NCBI RefSeq assembly: GCF_037042905.1
Contig: NC_087247.1
Span: 51,460,001 to 51,524,000 of the forward strand
Length of the DNA stretch: 64,000 bases
DNA from: Lytechinus pictus
Lineage: Eukaryota
Reading direction: 5' to 3'
The translations under genes and the position numbers were made by a program. The notes under the pieces are model-generated. The model was given only the letters and a program-made list of their open reading frames with translations, did not search any database and was not told where the DNA came from. Every line of letters starts with the position of its first letter. Position 1 is the first letter of the stretch. Positions 12,094-26,300 of this stretch are shown here, piece after piece.

Positions 12094-15000
12094 TCAGTAT
12101 GTTGGCATCTTGTGGATTGCAATTGTGACATCCTGGTGCGACTTGATCATAACATTCCTGGATTGTGAAGAGATTTTTACGAAAAGTTAATTAATTCAAG
12201 TGTTTTATTGTATTCAGAGATTTAGAAAGATAGAACGCTAGAATGATGTCATGATGAAAGAAAAACTATGATCTTTAATATTTATTTAATCAATTAGGGG
12301 AGAGTGGGGTAAATAAGGCCACTTGTTAGTTTTTAGCTTACTGCTGAAGAATGGTAGGGTCAAATGGATGACTGTTTTTTACGTAGTATTTGAGGCAGTT
12401 CTTTAGCACAGATCTTGAGCATAGAGAACATGTCACAGCCTAGTGCACATGGCTAGGAGGAGCACAAAATTTTGAAAGTAGCATTGTCACTTACATGTAA
12501 GTGATGCGAGTAATGTATCTACCCAGTAATGTGTATTAACTTTTATCTTAGTTTACTTGTGTAAGGTATTATTGTGCATGCCAGAACTGTAGAAAATGTC
12601 ATCACTTTCCCTCTTTGTTTTCTGACTGGATGCCTATGAACTCAACATGTCTAATGGGGCAAATGAGGCCATCCGGATTTACATAAATAAAACTCTATGG
12701 TTACATATCTTAAAACTTTAAAATGCAATGTAGACATCACTACACTTGATTAATGTATGTGCACTGTCAACTACCAATAAAATATGTAGATACACAATGA
12801 TATAACTGTGACAGTAGAAAACACAATGCATGAATTTTTTTCCATAATATTAGATAGGATTAATAAATTAATCCTAAATAAAATGGGGGTATTTTGGTAA
12901 ATAACTAAATGTTAATAACATGATTGTTAATAGTAAATGTGATTGCATCAAACCAACTGAATTATTCTTATTTTGAAAACGGCTACATAAATTAGGTTTT
13001 AATCAGACAGCCTCATTTGTTCCATTTAGGTGGGCAAATAAGGCCACCCGGCAGAAATATTAATGTCTCATTAATATGCAAATTAGGCTGATTAGTTCTA
13101 ACATTTCTAATGGATAATGTCAGTCTACTCTATATCTAGTAATAGACATCTAATCATGTTTCTACCGGCTGCTTTACTTTAAAAAGATATAATTGGCCCC
13201 TACTATCTTTGACTCTACATCTTTCTTTGGCTGCAAATTTAATGAATGAAATAATATCATTGCATAATTTCCAAATCTTGTCTTAACAAATATGACAACA
13301 AAATGAACAAGAACTCTGCCATCAACCATAATGTACAACTGGATAGAGTGGCATGTTTATGGATTCCACATGAGGAAGTTACAAGGTAATTCTGCAGACC
13401 TGGATTTTTTCCTAAGTTAAGTCTTTTGAATTACAAGTTGGTCTCTAGATTACACATGCACAGAAGTAGTGGATGACTCAACGGTCAAATCCGTCTCAAT
13501 CAGTTGATTTGAAATTTAAAAAAAAATAATCAAACAATCATAATGCTGAAAAATTCATCATAAGTAGGATATAAAATCAGAAAGTTTTGACTTAAAAAGT
13601 TTCACTTATTTTCTCAAAACAAATGTATACACAACACAGGTGATACGCAAATGAAAGAAACAATGATGTCACACACTCATTCCATGTACTTTATTATGTG
13701 ATGTAGCAAATACATTTCAATTGTTGCTAATTTGATAATTAGGGAACTCTTTATAGGACACAACAATGGCAATTCCACATTTTAGAAGGAACAAAGCAGT
13801 GCTTCATAATCAAGAAGAATTGAATATTCATATCAATTCAATAAATTACAAAAGAAAATGTGAGTGATGCATACATGTATAATTCTTTTGTGACATTAAG
13901 AGAAAGTTTAAAACATCATTAAGTTGCTTATTTTACATCCAATTTCGATGAAATTGTCAGCATTATATAAAATTTTCATGAAATTGTCCTCATTATGCTT
14001 GTTTGATGTTCTCTTGTTTTATTTGGCCTTTCATCGCTAAATTGTTCACATAGTATACATTTGCTTTCTGAATACATGAACCTCTTCTCTATTGGCATAT
14101 TAGTACCTACCCTTTATCTGACTCTAAACAGATAACTGGAGTACTGTTGTTTTCTGGTACTAGAAGGGATGCTTGCTGAGAGAGAGAGGCTATGATTCCT
14201 GCACATCCTGATGAGACTGTCCCTTTAGCTGTAGAAAGGAAATGAATTGTGAGTGGAATTAGTCTTAACAAAATTTGAAAGAGATAAAGTTGAGTAAATT
14301 TCAATTTAAAAAATTGAACAGATGAGATTATTAAAATCATCTCCATGAAACACAAGAAACTAAAAAAGAAATTACTGTTCACTCATAGGATATCAGTAAT
14401 AAGCTTTAGAAATCCGGGTTTAGAACTAAGAAGTCCATGAAGTATCCAGAATCTATTTAAAGAATACAAGACAAAGCATCTAATCACTTTGACAAGATGC
14501 AAAGAGGTACTCCTGGCTGAAAAATAATTGTATCTAAAGAAATAAAGTGAAATTCACCAAGCAAAACACTGAAAATCGAAATTTGATAATAAATAATTAA
14601 GTTTTGAATTCTAAACTTTAGCAATAGTTTGTGAAAACAGTTATCTACATGCTGTCATGAATATGCAACAGGCGAGCTGATGATGTCATGTCCCAACATT
14701 CCCTTCTCTTACATCATTACATGAAATTAAACCATACTTCATATTTTCATACATGTGTGTACTACCTTGTAAAAAATATGTAGCAGCAAGGATTTTCTGA
14801 TACAATAAATCAGTTGTCAATCCATTTTTTCCTCATCCATAGAGGATAAAAATATAATTTTATATAATTTCATTCTCACCCCCCCCCCCCCCTGTTGAAC
14901 TCTCCGTGTATCACATCATAATTGTCTCCCACAAAGTTTAATGTTGGACCATACTTACCACTGTAACAAAGTCCCTGTTTGTCAGCACAAAGAACTCCCA

Positions 15001-17525
15001 TAACTCCAGGGGCATCCATTCTAAGAAAAATAGGAAAATAGACATGACAAATATATTGAAATTTATGCTGGTTGCCAAAATCTAATAGTTCCCTGACATC
15101 AATAAACAACTATGAGGCAACAACAATTTCACTGAAGTAACTCAAAAACTTACTGTATCTTATAAAATATTTGTGCTATCATGATAAATTTGATATAAAA
15201 CAAATGAGTATTTAATGCCCCTTCATCACATTGCTTTGTCATCAGGAGCTGATGAATATTTAGGTGTAATTTTTTTCCCAAAGAATCTTCATAAATTAGA
15301 TAAATTAGAATGAAAACTTGACAAAAACATTTCATACCTGTGCTAGTTTCTTCTCAACACAAACATTTCAGATTACACTTTTTTGTTCAGTGGTGACACA
15401 TCATGACAGAAAATGTAATATAAATCATAGATTTGACATTTATATATTTTTATGAAACAATGTTTGAAAATATAATATCAAACAATAGAACACATTTGGC
15501 ACGAATATTACTTTTTTTCTTCAAAGAAAATTCCACCTGAAATACACTTTAATTCCAACTGCATCCCAATCATGTGAAAGAGCTTAACACACTCTTTTAT
15601 CTTTTATTTGATACCAAATTTGTCATGGTAGTATTTATATTTCTGAATATATAGTAAATTTTACGATTTTTGGCAAGTGAACGAATTTCAATGAATTCCA
15701 TGGGTGTATGTAAACTTTTGGCCTCAACTGTGTAAGGGCGAAGTCTATGAATGGGTTTATTCCGTTATAATACACATTTAGACTTTAAGTCAAAGGTAGA
15801 GGGCGTTAAGGCGCATTGCGAACATTGAAAGAAGACAAATAATTTGCCTTAAATGCAGATGTAGAAAGATATATATATATACGCACTCACAGTGCAACTG
15901 CGTCCAACAGTAGAGGAAACCCATTTCCAGATATAAATTTCACAATTATTAAATATGTTTTAACTATAAATTTGATACTTATGGTAGGAGTGGAATCTCA
16001 TCTTTAATTTGAGACCAACAGCATAGCAAATCACGCATGGTGGGTAAAAAACAATATTAAGGTCTTTAAGAAACAATTTGCGCAGAAACTCACGTAAAAA
16101 TCCGAATAGACTCTTCAGGGATCAGTGAAAGAAACTTCACAAAGAATCCGAAAGAAATGCTAACGAGTCAATTATCGAATAAGCATGGTTGTCGTACACG
16201 AACCAATCTTGTCCAATTTTTCTGCACAACCTGATTTTTACATTAAAATTTCAAACTCATCTTGCTTATTAATGCGCAAAGTGTTTGTCACATATTAGGT
16301 ATAAAAATGTAGAGGAATGATTGATTGTATGATGACATAAATGGAACATAATTAATTTGCCCTTGAAGAAAAATGATGTGGGGAACCCATTTTCCTTTTT
16401 TGTGGGATGCAGTGTAAATCTGGAGAAATAATTAATCTGCAAACTGAAACTGATGGGTTTAAAATTTAAGGAATATTTTTAAAAAAGGAAAAAACAATAC
16501 AGGTTCAGATATGAGCAAAAGAAAATGTTTGTACAATATTAATGAAATGCACACTAACCTCGCATTTAGTGTGAGTTACATACATCTAAACCCAACTTGC
16601 CCGAAAGATACATGTACTTGCTCCTAAGCACTGCTTAGGAGTAAGTATCTTTCAGAATTTGCTAAGCAAAGTTCTGAAAACTTCATTTTTTTCCACATCC
16701 AGATATTTTATAGATCTAATTGGGCCTATGATTTCTTTATTCACAGGTTATATCATAACCTTGTTCATTGAATTGGTTCATTAAATGAGTGTTCACAGGC
16801 TTAAGATTTGTAAATGTCCAAAATGAAGTCATACCTGTTCATTTTTTAATATCTCTTTGTCTGATAGGGGTCTATGTTTTCCGTAATTATGAAGCTACAT
16901 GAGCTAACCAAATCGTTGTTCTTGTTAACCAAATATCAACTGAATGAAATTGAGTCTGAGGATTTTTACTACGTTAATAAATAATAGCATGAGTGAGTGG
17001 CTAGTACTTTTATCATGGAGCTATAAGCCTATAATTCTTGGACTCGTAATCACATGAACAAACAAGGACCTTAACTCCCTTGATTTCTGCCGTCAGCAAA
17101 ACAAAAACATAATTTCGAACAAAAACCACCCAAGGGTTCATTACATGCCGCCGCGCACAGAAAAATCAAGCCATAGAAGTCGTGTGTTGTGGACCCAAGA
17201 AGTGAGATCCCAGCACGCGCGACCCACTAGTTAGAAATCCACTGCCAAACGCGGTTCGTGGTGCGAGGCTAGTATACTAATACTAACCTCGCAATACGCG
17301 TGAGTGAACAAAAACTAGAACATAGAAGCTTACTGCTTTACATGAAATTGAACGCACGGGACTGGTATAAACTATAATTTCCATGTAAATATCCCCGCAT
17401 ACGACCTCGAAAAATTGAGTCTCCCTCACAATTTAAGAAAAATTACTATATAGTAATACTATACAGTATTAAATCAAGTTAAATACTCACGTGTCGTCTA
17501 AAAGTTTGTCGAGATTTTGTTCCAT
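12094..17525 (-). CDS. LAMTOR5: Ragulator complex subunit LAMTOR5 (HBXIP), 4 coding exons, 92 aa
   Basis: Exons 17525-17491, 15020-14959, 14228-14111 and 12157-12094 are all GT-AG and in phase (35+62+118+64=279 nt). Translation MEQNLDKLLDDTMDAPGVMGVLCADKQGLCYSAKGTVSSGCAGIIASLSQQASLLVPENNSTPVICLESDKGNVMIKSHQDVTIAIHKMPTY matches recalled human LAMTOR5 ([29 protein letters not shown]...[29 protein letters not shown]) end to end. Confidence 0.96.
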
Positions 17526-17585
17526 TTTTTAAAGAGAGTTTTCAATTTCAGACGGATCACGATTTATTGATACATGTTCTACTTT

Positions 17586-17612
17586 GTCATGTGACCGCGG
17601 AATATCATGTGA
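17586..17612. promoter_or_regulatory. Tandem M-box/CLEAR-like E-boxes in the LAMTOR5 promoter
   Basis: GTCATGTGAC (17586-17595) and TCATGTGA (17605-17612) lie 60-90 bp upstream of the LAMTOR5 ATG. Confidence 0.55.
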
Positions 17613-18246
17613 TCGACCGTGCAGCTGTCCCTATATTCGTAGTCTGCGGGTACAGACCAAAATTTGCACTTAAATTAAAAAAAAAAGATGGTATCTACAG
17701 AAGTCTATCTGTATTTTCTGTACCTGGTACCGAGGATTTATAGCCATATAATTTTCATTTTTATCAGGTAGTCTAAAAAAACAACAACAGAGAACAGAGC
17801 ACCATAATACGTTTCGATGAAGGGGGGGGGGGGGGGGCGGCCGGGGCCAGCTCCTGCGCCGAACGGAGCACCAGCCTCGATGCTCGAATCCATATTTTTT
17901 AAAGGTGTTTCTATTAATTTGCCCCCCCCCCCAAAAAAAAAAAAAAAAAAATGAAGAAGAAGAAGAATCGGGTAGCCTATCAACTCTATCTTGCTCTAGC
18001 GCATCGAAGGGGCGTTGAGAAAAAATTCACAAAAAAAAACACCTAAGTTTGTCATCCTTTTTGGCCACACACAAGAAAACTGACAAAGAAAGTGGTATTC
18101 CGGGGTGAAAATAATGATATGAACAGATAAAGAAAAATCAGACAAACACAGCACTGAAAATATGATCAAAATCGGACAAGGAATAACGAAGTTATTACAG
18201 ATTTGCATTATATCACAGCTAGTCCTAAAGCGCATGTCTTCATTAA

Positions 18247-18831
18247 AGGACAAGTCCACCCCAACAAAGAGTTGATTTGAATAAAAAGAGAAAACTCCAA
18301 CAAGCATAACACTGAAAATTTCATCAAAATCGGATGTAAAATAAGAAAGTTATGACATTTTAAAGTTTCGCTTAATTTCACAAAACAGTTATATGCACAT
18401 CCTGGCTGGTATGCAAATGAGGAGACTATGATGTCATCCACTAACTATTTCTTTTGTATTTTATTATATGAAATATTCTAATTTGTTCCTCATTGTCAAG
18501 TGATACAACTATTAATTCCTCCCTGAACATGTGGAATTAGCATATTGTTCAATACTATATGGTTCATTCAAGTTGGTCCTTATGGTCAAATCTATAAAAA
18601 ATGAAATATTGTATAATTCAAACAATAAAGAACAAAAGAAAAAGTGAGTGAAGGACATCATCGACTGACTCACCAAGTTGTGCATATCACTGTTTTGTGA
18701 AAAATAAGCGAAACTTTGAAATGTCATAACTTTCTTGTTTTACATCCGATTTTGATGAAATTTTCAGCACTATGCTAGTTAGATTTTCTCTATTTATTCA
18801 AGACAGCATTTTCCTAGGGTGGACTTGACCT
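18247..18831 (+). mobile_element. Kolobok-like MITE family 2 (TTAA TSD)
   Basis: TTAA|AGGACAAGTCCACCC...GGGTGGACTTGACCT|TTAA; near-identical copies at 33277-33910 and 58176-58778. Confidence 0.85.
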
Positions 18832-19068
18832 TTAATATACAATGAGGAAACCGATGATGTGATATCCCCATCTGTTCTTTGTATTTTATTACATGAAAAT
18901 GTGTTCATTCATATTTTGTACCACAAGAACTAAAAAAATTGGATTAAAAACTGGTTTAACGCATTAAATACTCATTGCTGCAACTGACTTTATTATGTGG
19001 TGAACATAATCATACACACATGCATGAAAATATGAAGTTATTATGATTTCATGTAATAATAACATAAG

Positions 19069-20018
19069 ACAAGTGGAATGCCTCTGGCCGTCTCACCTGC
19101 ATCACGCGATTCAATATAGCAGCAGTGCTGATTTTGAAAACTACTATAACTCGCACAAGATGTTCAGTGATACTTGGTTACTCTTATTTCCACGTTTTAT
19201 GAACTAGACCAATACACTTATAGAGATATGATGGCAATTCAACAAGTACCCCCAACGTGGCCAAAGTTCTTTGACCTTACATGACCTTTGACCTTGATCA
19301 TGTGACCTGAAACTCGCACAGGATGTTCAGTGATACTTGATTACTATTATGTCCAAGTTCTATGAACTAGACCAACACACTTTCAAATTTATGGCTGTAA
19401 TTCAACAAATACCCCAATTTGGCCAAAGTTCATTGACCCTAAATGACCTTTGACCTTGATCATGTGACCTGAAACTTGCACAGGATGTTCAGTAATACTT
19501 GATTACTAGTATGTCCAAGTTTCATGAATCAGATCCATAAACTTTCAAAGTTATGATGGTAATTCAACAGATACCCCCAATTCGGCCAAAGTTCATTGAC
19601 CCTAAATGACCTTTGACCTTGGTCATGTGATGTGAAACTCATGCAGGATGTTCAGTGATACTTGATTAACCTTATGTATAAGTTTCATGAACTAGGTCCA
19701 TATATTTTCTAAGTTATGATGACATTTCAAAAACTTAACCTTAGGTTAAGATTTTGATGTTGATTCCCCCAACATGGTCTAAGTTCATTGACCCTAAATG
19801 ACCTTTGACCTTGGTCATGTGACATGAAACTCAGGCAGGATGTTTAGTAATACTTGATTAACCTTATGGCCAAGTTTCATGAACTAGGTCCATATACTTT
19901 CTAAGTTATGCTGTCATTTCAAAAACTTAACCTCAGGTTAAGATTTGGTGTTGACGCCGCCGCCGCCGCCGTCGGAAAAGCGGCGCCTATAGTCTCACTC
20001 TGCTATGCAGGTGAGACA
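19069..20018 (-). mobile_element. Helentron-associated non-autonomous element (HINE/DINE/pearl-like) with about 163-192 bp tandem core repeats
   Basis: 13-bp subterminal inverted repeat GTCTCACCTGCAT/ATGCAGGTGAGAC, terminal hairpin, (GCC)n microsatellite, 4-5 tandem units, no TSD, inserted in an A/T run. Confidence 0.75.
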
Positions 20019-22050
20019 AAAATGAAGTGTGGCTATGACACCTAATGAATGTGCATATAACTCTTTTACAAAATATTGCTAAATTTTGAAATTCTATAAT
20101 TTTATTATTTGTAATCAGATTTTGATGAAATTTTCAGAACTTGTTTGCTTGATGAATTTTACTCTATCATTTTCAGCCCGAAGTACCCCTTTAAGGAAAA
20201 CACCTGACGATATACAAGTCATGATGTCGAAGTGACATTCACTGAGCAACGAGCTTCAATCCAATAATAAACATGCATGAAATTGTTAAATTTTCTGTTC
20301 TCTCCGATCCGAGTCTATCTCCCCGCCCCCCCCCCCCCCCTTCCGCTCCCTCTCTTCTCTCTTTCTATCTATCTTTCCCCATTTCACTCACTTTCTCGCC
20401 TTCCCTCCTTTCTAACAGTATCTTTTTTTAACATCTTCTTTCTCTCAGTTGTTTTCCCCCCAATTTTTAGATGTGTAAGATGCAGGGGGTAGCGTGTGTA
20501 TGTAATGACGACCAGCCAAGTCAACTCCCCCTTGTTTTCTTATACTATCTAATAAATGATTCATTTTACTTTTAATGTGTTATACGGTCATGTTGGGCCC
20601 TCATTCACAAATACAATTATTTCCTATAGGAATAAAAAAATCTTCCACTGATTGCTTGTATTGTATTTGCAGAATTATTTTCTTTGTATTTTTTATGATT
20701 GGTGAAATAAACTAAAAACTTGAAGATTTGGGAAGAAATTAGTAGCAACAGCAGTTATCACTGTACAGACTGAACCAAAGTACATTGTAGAAATATACAA
20801 TAAGACTCTTCACACACAATATAAATTACAACGAATGCAGTATATACTGTGGCAAGATATTTATTTTTCAATAATTCAACACAATTATCACCTTACTGGT
20901 AATATAGTTTGTTTTGAAAATTGGTGAATCGGAACAGTAGTATGGTCCGACGTTTTGGAGCTGACAAAAAGGCAAATATGTCATTTTGTCCGATGTCGAT
21001 GTCACGGACGAAACTGTTGTTTCAATTCACCGACTTTCGATAAAGACTTCATTGTAATGAAGGGCATTTGACAATAGATTCTCCCCGTTCCAGATACTGT
21101 TCTGCATAGCGATTGCCATAACTCCCTATAATGAGTGACGCAATACGCCGTAAATTGTGACATCAGATGAGACTATCGATGGTGTTTTGGACTTATAATT
21201 ATTTCATATGATTGATATGATATTAGTTAGGATAAATTTAGTTATGATATCTTTAATAATTATATAATACATCATAATGATTTTCTATCCTTCGGTATAT
21301 ATTCTCTACGACAAAACAGAACACTACAAAAAAAATAAGTAATTACAATCTAATTCATTAAAGGGGTATATATTCTAGCCAGAAAACCAAACTCCACACT
21401 AAATTTTCTTTAAATTTGACATGGAGCAATAATGTTAAGCCATTTTAATGTTTAGCATTATACATGTCATCATGAATAATTATGTACTAATCGAGCTGAT
21501 GGATTTCACCCCCCCCCCCTACACACACACTTATTCTTTTGTACTTTATTATGTGAAATAATGTTTATTCACCATCGATAAGAATGTAAAAATATAATTG
21601 AACTGAACTGAATAGAATAACTTTATTGTCCATAAAGGAAATTCTTTTTTCACTGGTTTATACACACATGTATATACACAGAACAAAACAAAATATGATG
21701 AAAACATGTCAACATGAGGAAATAATTCCAACTCAGGTATACATGGTTCACTCAAAAATGTACAATACACAAGTATTTGAAATACAAGTCAATGTTAAAG
21801 TCGGGTTTAGGAATAAATTCATATTCTAGAATAATCATGTTTAGTTATACAAGTACTGTAGTTATCGGCAAGAAGTAATGGATCATGCTGATAGGATTGA
21901 CTACTGTTCTGATGTATAAGATCATCACTGCTAAAACTTATACAGCCCACCTATTAGAAATTCATGACGGCATGCAGGCAGTTTGTTAGTCATGACTTGT
22001 GTTTTCAGAAAATGTATTGCTGAATAATGGGATTCACTAATTTCGTTTAA

Positions 22051-22620
22051 GGTCAAGTCCGAAACAAAGTTGATTTTAATAAAAAGAGAAAAACCAAACG
22101 AGCATAACACTCAAAATTTCATCAAAATCGGATGCAAAATAAGAAAGTTATGAAATTTTTCACTTTTGCTTTATTTCACACAATAGTTATATGCTCATCC
22201 CGGTCGGAATGCAAAAGAGGGAAATGATGACATCACTCACTCACTTTTTCTTTTGTATTTTATTTTAATAAATATGAAATATTCTAATTTTCTCCCCATT
22301 GTCCTGTAAAACAAAGTTTTATTTCTCACTGAACATGTGGAATCACCATTGTTTAACATTATATGGTTCAGTCAAGCTGGTCCTTATTGTCAAATCTGTA
22401 AAAATTGAAATATTGTATAATTCAAAAAATAAAAACAAAAGAAATAGTCATGGACATCATCGATTTTCTCATTTGCGTGTGAACAAGCGAAAATTTTTAA
22501 ATGTAATAACTTTTTTTTTTTTTTTTTTAATATCCGATTTTGATGAAATTTTCAGCATCATGCTTGTCTGATTTTTCTCTTTTGATTGAAATCAACATTT
22601 TTATGAGGTAGCCTTGATCT
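22051..22620 (+). mobile_element. Older, diverged Kolobok-like family 2 MITE
   Basis: TTAA-flanked, colinear with 18247-18831. Confidence 0.75.
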
Positions 22621-23343
22621 TTAAACTTTTATGAAATTTTGATGATTTTTATTTTTACTTTAGTTTAACACTTTAAATTCAGATATTAGTATTTCCAGCC
22701 TTAAGCCCTTTAAACAAAAATAACTGAAATATCAATAAACATAATTGTATGAGATGATTATACATCTGCCTCATTCGAATAATCGATACGAAAAATATTA
22801 TAGCTCACATTGGGAATGATCTACTTCTATCATCATCTCTAAATTGAGTAGGGGAGGGAATCTACAGAAAAATTGGGGCGCTAAATTACGAAGTGTGTTT
22901 GATTAGAAGAGCCCATTTAGCTTCATTATAAAGAATTGTTTTCCTGTGAAACTGTTCACAGAGAAAGTTAAGTAAATTAATTTAAAAAAAAGAGCATGGC
23001 GGAGTCGGGGGCGAAGTTCAATAATTGTGAAGAATCTCACACAAGTCGTTTTTCAATTGCCTGACAATGCAACCTTGACGATGATTGTGTTCCCCATGAT
23101 TCAACAAGCAGTTTCAACGAGAAATTTCGAACGAGATGAATCAATGAGATAATAGATGGAGTGAATGTGATTGATTCCAAGATTCTATTCACTTATTTTA
23201 CAAAATCTCAATAACCTCATTAACCTGCATTATGTGCACGGCTGTAAAAAAATGCAAATTTATAATTTTCCAACAGGCATATAACACATTTGGATAGCCT
23301 AATGGGTTTTTTCAATAGTGTGCACTCGAAGAAGAATATTCAC

Positions 23344-26300
23344 TTAATTGGCAGAATCTCTGACGTTCTCAATGGCCTGTGCAACCTTAAAGACGGTAAG
23401 TTCATCATAGTGTCTTCCAACTAGCGTAAGACCTACAGGTAAACCATCGATGAATCCTGCATTTACACTGAGAACGGGGTGACCAGTCAGATTAAAGCCA
23501 ATTGAATTATGGGCCATCTCAAGGCAGTTCTTGAAGTATTCTGTACAAGAAAAGGTTAAAATAGAAAATTTCAAGCACTTGCGGATCCAGGGGGGCACAG
23601 CCGGCCCGTGCCCCCCTCCCCTTAAGAGGCACAATTAAAATTGTTAATTTAAAAATGCCGTTAAAACAGAAGTGTCCCCCCCCCCCTTTGAAAGTGAAGT
23701 TTTTTTTTTTTTGCTTATCAAATATTTCGTTGAAGAAATACCCTTAATTTTTGGTGAAACCCGTTTTTTTTTTTTTTTTTTTTGCTTGTCAAAATTTTCC
23801 TTGGGGGTAAATGTTCCCCCTCCCCTTTCGAACAATCTTGGATCCGCCCCTGATTTTCAAGCATTTTTTTTAACTTATTATATTATCCAGCATGGTTATT
23901 ACATAAATGCCTCATAATCAGTGCATTTCAACACTCTTCGTATGTTGGATTGAAAACCATTCGAATTGGAAAAAACGAAAGAAAAATATATTGTATATTA
24001 TACTGTTAAACACAGTGGCGTACCGTGGGTCACGGCATTGGGGGGGCACGAGCAAAAACTTTGAGTCACTTAGTGAGCGCAGCGCGCCCAGTTGCCAGGT
24101 ATACTGACCTAATAGAGACATTTTAAGGACAGTGCCATTAAACGGATATGTATCTCACTGGTCAAATAATGCGAGCGCGAAGCGCGAGCTTAAAATTTTT
24201 GATATTCAGACCTAAAAAAGGACATTATAAAATTCTTTTGTAATCATGATACGTACCTGTCTCGCTAAATAATGCGAGCGCGAAGCGCGAGCTGAAATTT
24301 TTGTAAATATTGACCCCAAACAGGAAGATTTTAAGGACTATATTTTAGGAATCCGTTAAGAGTATACACATCTCACCATAGTCATCTAATGCGAGTGCCA
24401 ATAAGCGCTTGCTGATTTTGTTAGAATTACATCTAAACATATGCACATAAAGCACTTGTAATCATGATTAACATACCCATCTCACTAATCAAATCTTGCG
24501 AGCGCGAAGCGCGAGCTGAAAATTTAGGAAATTCAGACCTGAAGAGGGGCATTTTAAGGCTTGTTTGTAGGAATTCACGAAGACCATACGTAGTTCACTA
24601 ACCAAACGGTGCGAGCGCGAAGCGCGAGGTGAAAATTTTTGATATTCAGATCAGAAAAAGGAACATTTTAAGGACTGATTCTAGGAATTCATTGAGAGCA
24701 GACATATTTCACCAATCCGCTACTGCTAACGTAAGCACGGACAGGAAATGTTTTATATTAAGACCTTAAAATGGGGCAATCACTTTAGTCATGAAAAAGA
24801 AGCATACTATTGTACATAAAACAATAACTCGAAGTGCGAGGAAATATATTTGGCAGTTTGGTATATATTGACTTGAAAACGGGAGGTTTTAGTTTTTATC
24901 AGGGTTATATATCTCGGTAAACAGACAATGCGAGCATCAGGAGCAATGAAAACATAGGCCCTGAGCAAATTATGTTTCATTAAGTTATGAAAAATGTTTC
25001 TTATGTAATATAACATAACATATTATTATGAAATAATATAACATTATAATGAACAATAATGTCTTTTTTCCCACTACGTTTCTCTTCCTTTCTCCCTCTT
25101 TTTCTCCTTTTCCCCGTTTTTTTTTTTTTTTTTTTTTGGTCAGCCGATTGGGGGGGCACGTGCCCCCCATGCCCCCCCGTAGTTACGCCACTGAACATGT
25201 TAAAGGCAACATCTTTTGAGGTGTTTTTCGGTGAAAAGTGTAACTTCGATAATATTTGTGTCATTGCGACATTAATTATGGATTCATTTGTCAATAATAC
25301 ACAAATACACATAAAGTCTGTATGTTTGATTCTTTAATTCCTAACCTTGCATCGTTGTCCCTTTCTGGAGAAGCTTAGTGGCTGTGAATGGAATGGTTGG
25401 TAGAGCTAATACATCTACCGTCTTCAATGCATCATCGTATGACTGGCGGAGAGGAAAGACAAGATTTCTACCTCTACAGTACACCTGGCTCATGTAGTTC
25501 TGCTTCAAATATTCGCTTTGTAACATAACTAGCTGTAAAAAAGGAGTTAAGGACGTTCCACAGTTAAAGTGAAATCCATGTCATTTTCACCAAACTTTGC
25601 ACATAGATACTTTAGAACCTTAATATTCGAAATATGCAAAAATTAACATAGGTCCATGTGCTTGATTTTTTGCTATAGAGCTTCAAAGTTCACCCAAATT
25701 GATGTTCTTAAGAATTGCGCATTCAAAAGAATTTGGCATTTTTAGACCGCCCAAGATTACTACAATGAGTTTAAACCTCCATTACTCATTCAAAATACAT
25801 GAAAAAGTCATCAAATTTCGCAAGAGAGTTAATAATTGTATCGTTAGTATGGAGAATCTATTAATAGTGCTATTTGTTTGCAATTTTAAGTTTAACATCA
25901 CTGTCAGTTCTTAAAAATGGCGTAAAAGATAACAAAATCCCAATCTGAAAAATGTAAAATTTCAGTAACAAACTACAAACGTACAATAAATGCTGCACTT
26001 TATTCAAAATCCATGTCATTTTCACCAAAATTTGCAGAGTTGTAGAGGAAGGTATACCTAAGAGGTACAAACATTAAAAATAGGGGTTCATTTGCTTGTT
26101 TTTAAACTATCAGCATTTTTATTAGAGCAAATGTGCTTTTTAAAACACCAAAAATGGGCCGAATGCTTAGTATCTATGTGAAGAAAAAATCAAAACCACT
26201 CTACCATTTATTCAAACTCGGGCTAATATTCGTGATTCTTGGCAGCACTGCTGAGTAAAGTATTTTGAAATTGTAGAGAATATTTTTTTGAATGGTCCAT

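Larger units (their letters stand above)
18091..20190. mobile_element. Kolobok-like MITE interrupted by two younger insertions
   Basis: Ends AGTGGTATTCCGGGGTGAAA and TTTCAGCCCGAAGTACCCCT|TTAA; the three host pieces join into a sequence colinear with 2125-2685. Confidence 0.65.

Noticed and set aside
20900-21200. Moderately GC-rich unique block that looked like an exon
   Set aside because: The minus-strand frames I translated hit stops or gave unrecognisable peptides, and the ORF track shows nothing here; it may be UTR or regulatory DNA.
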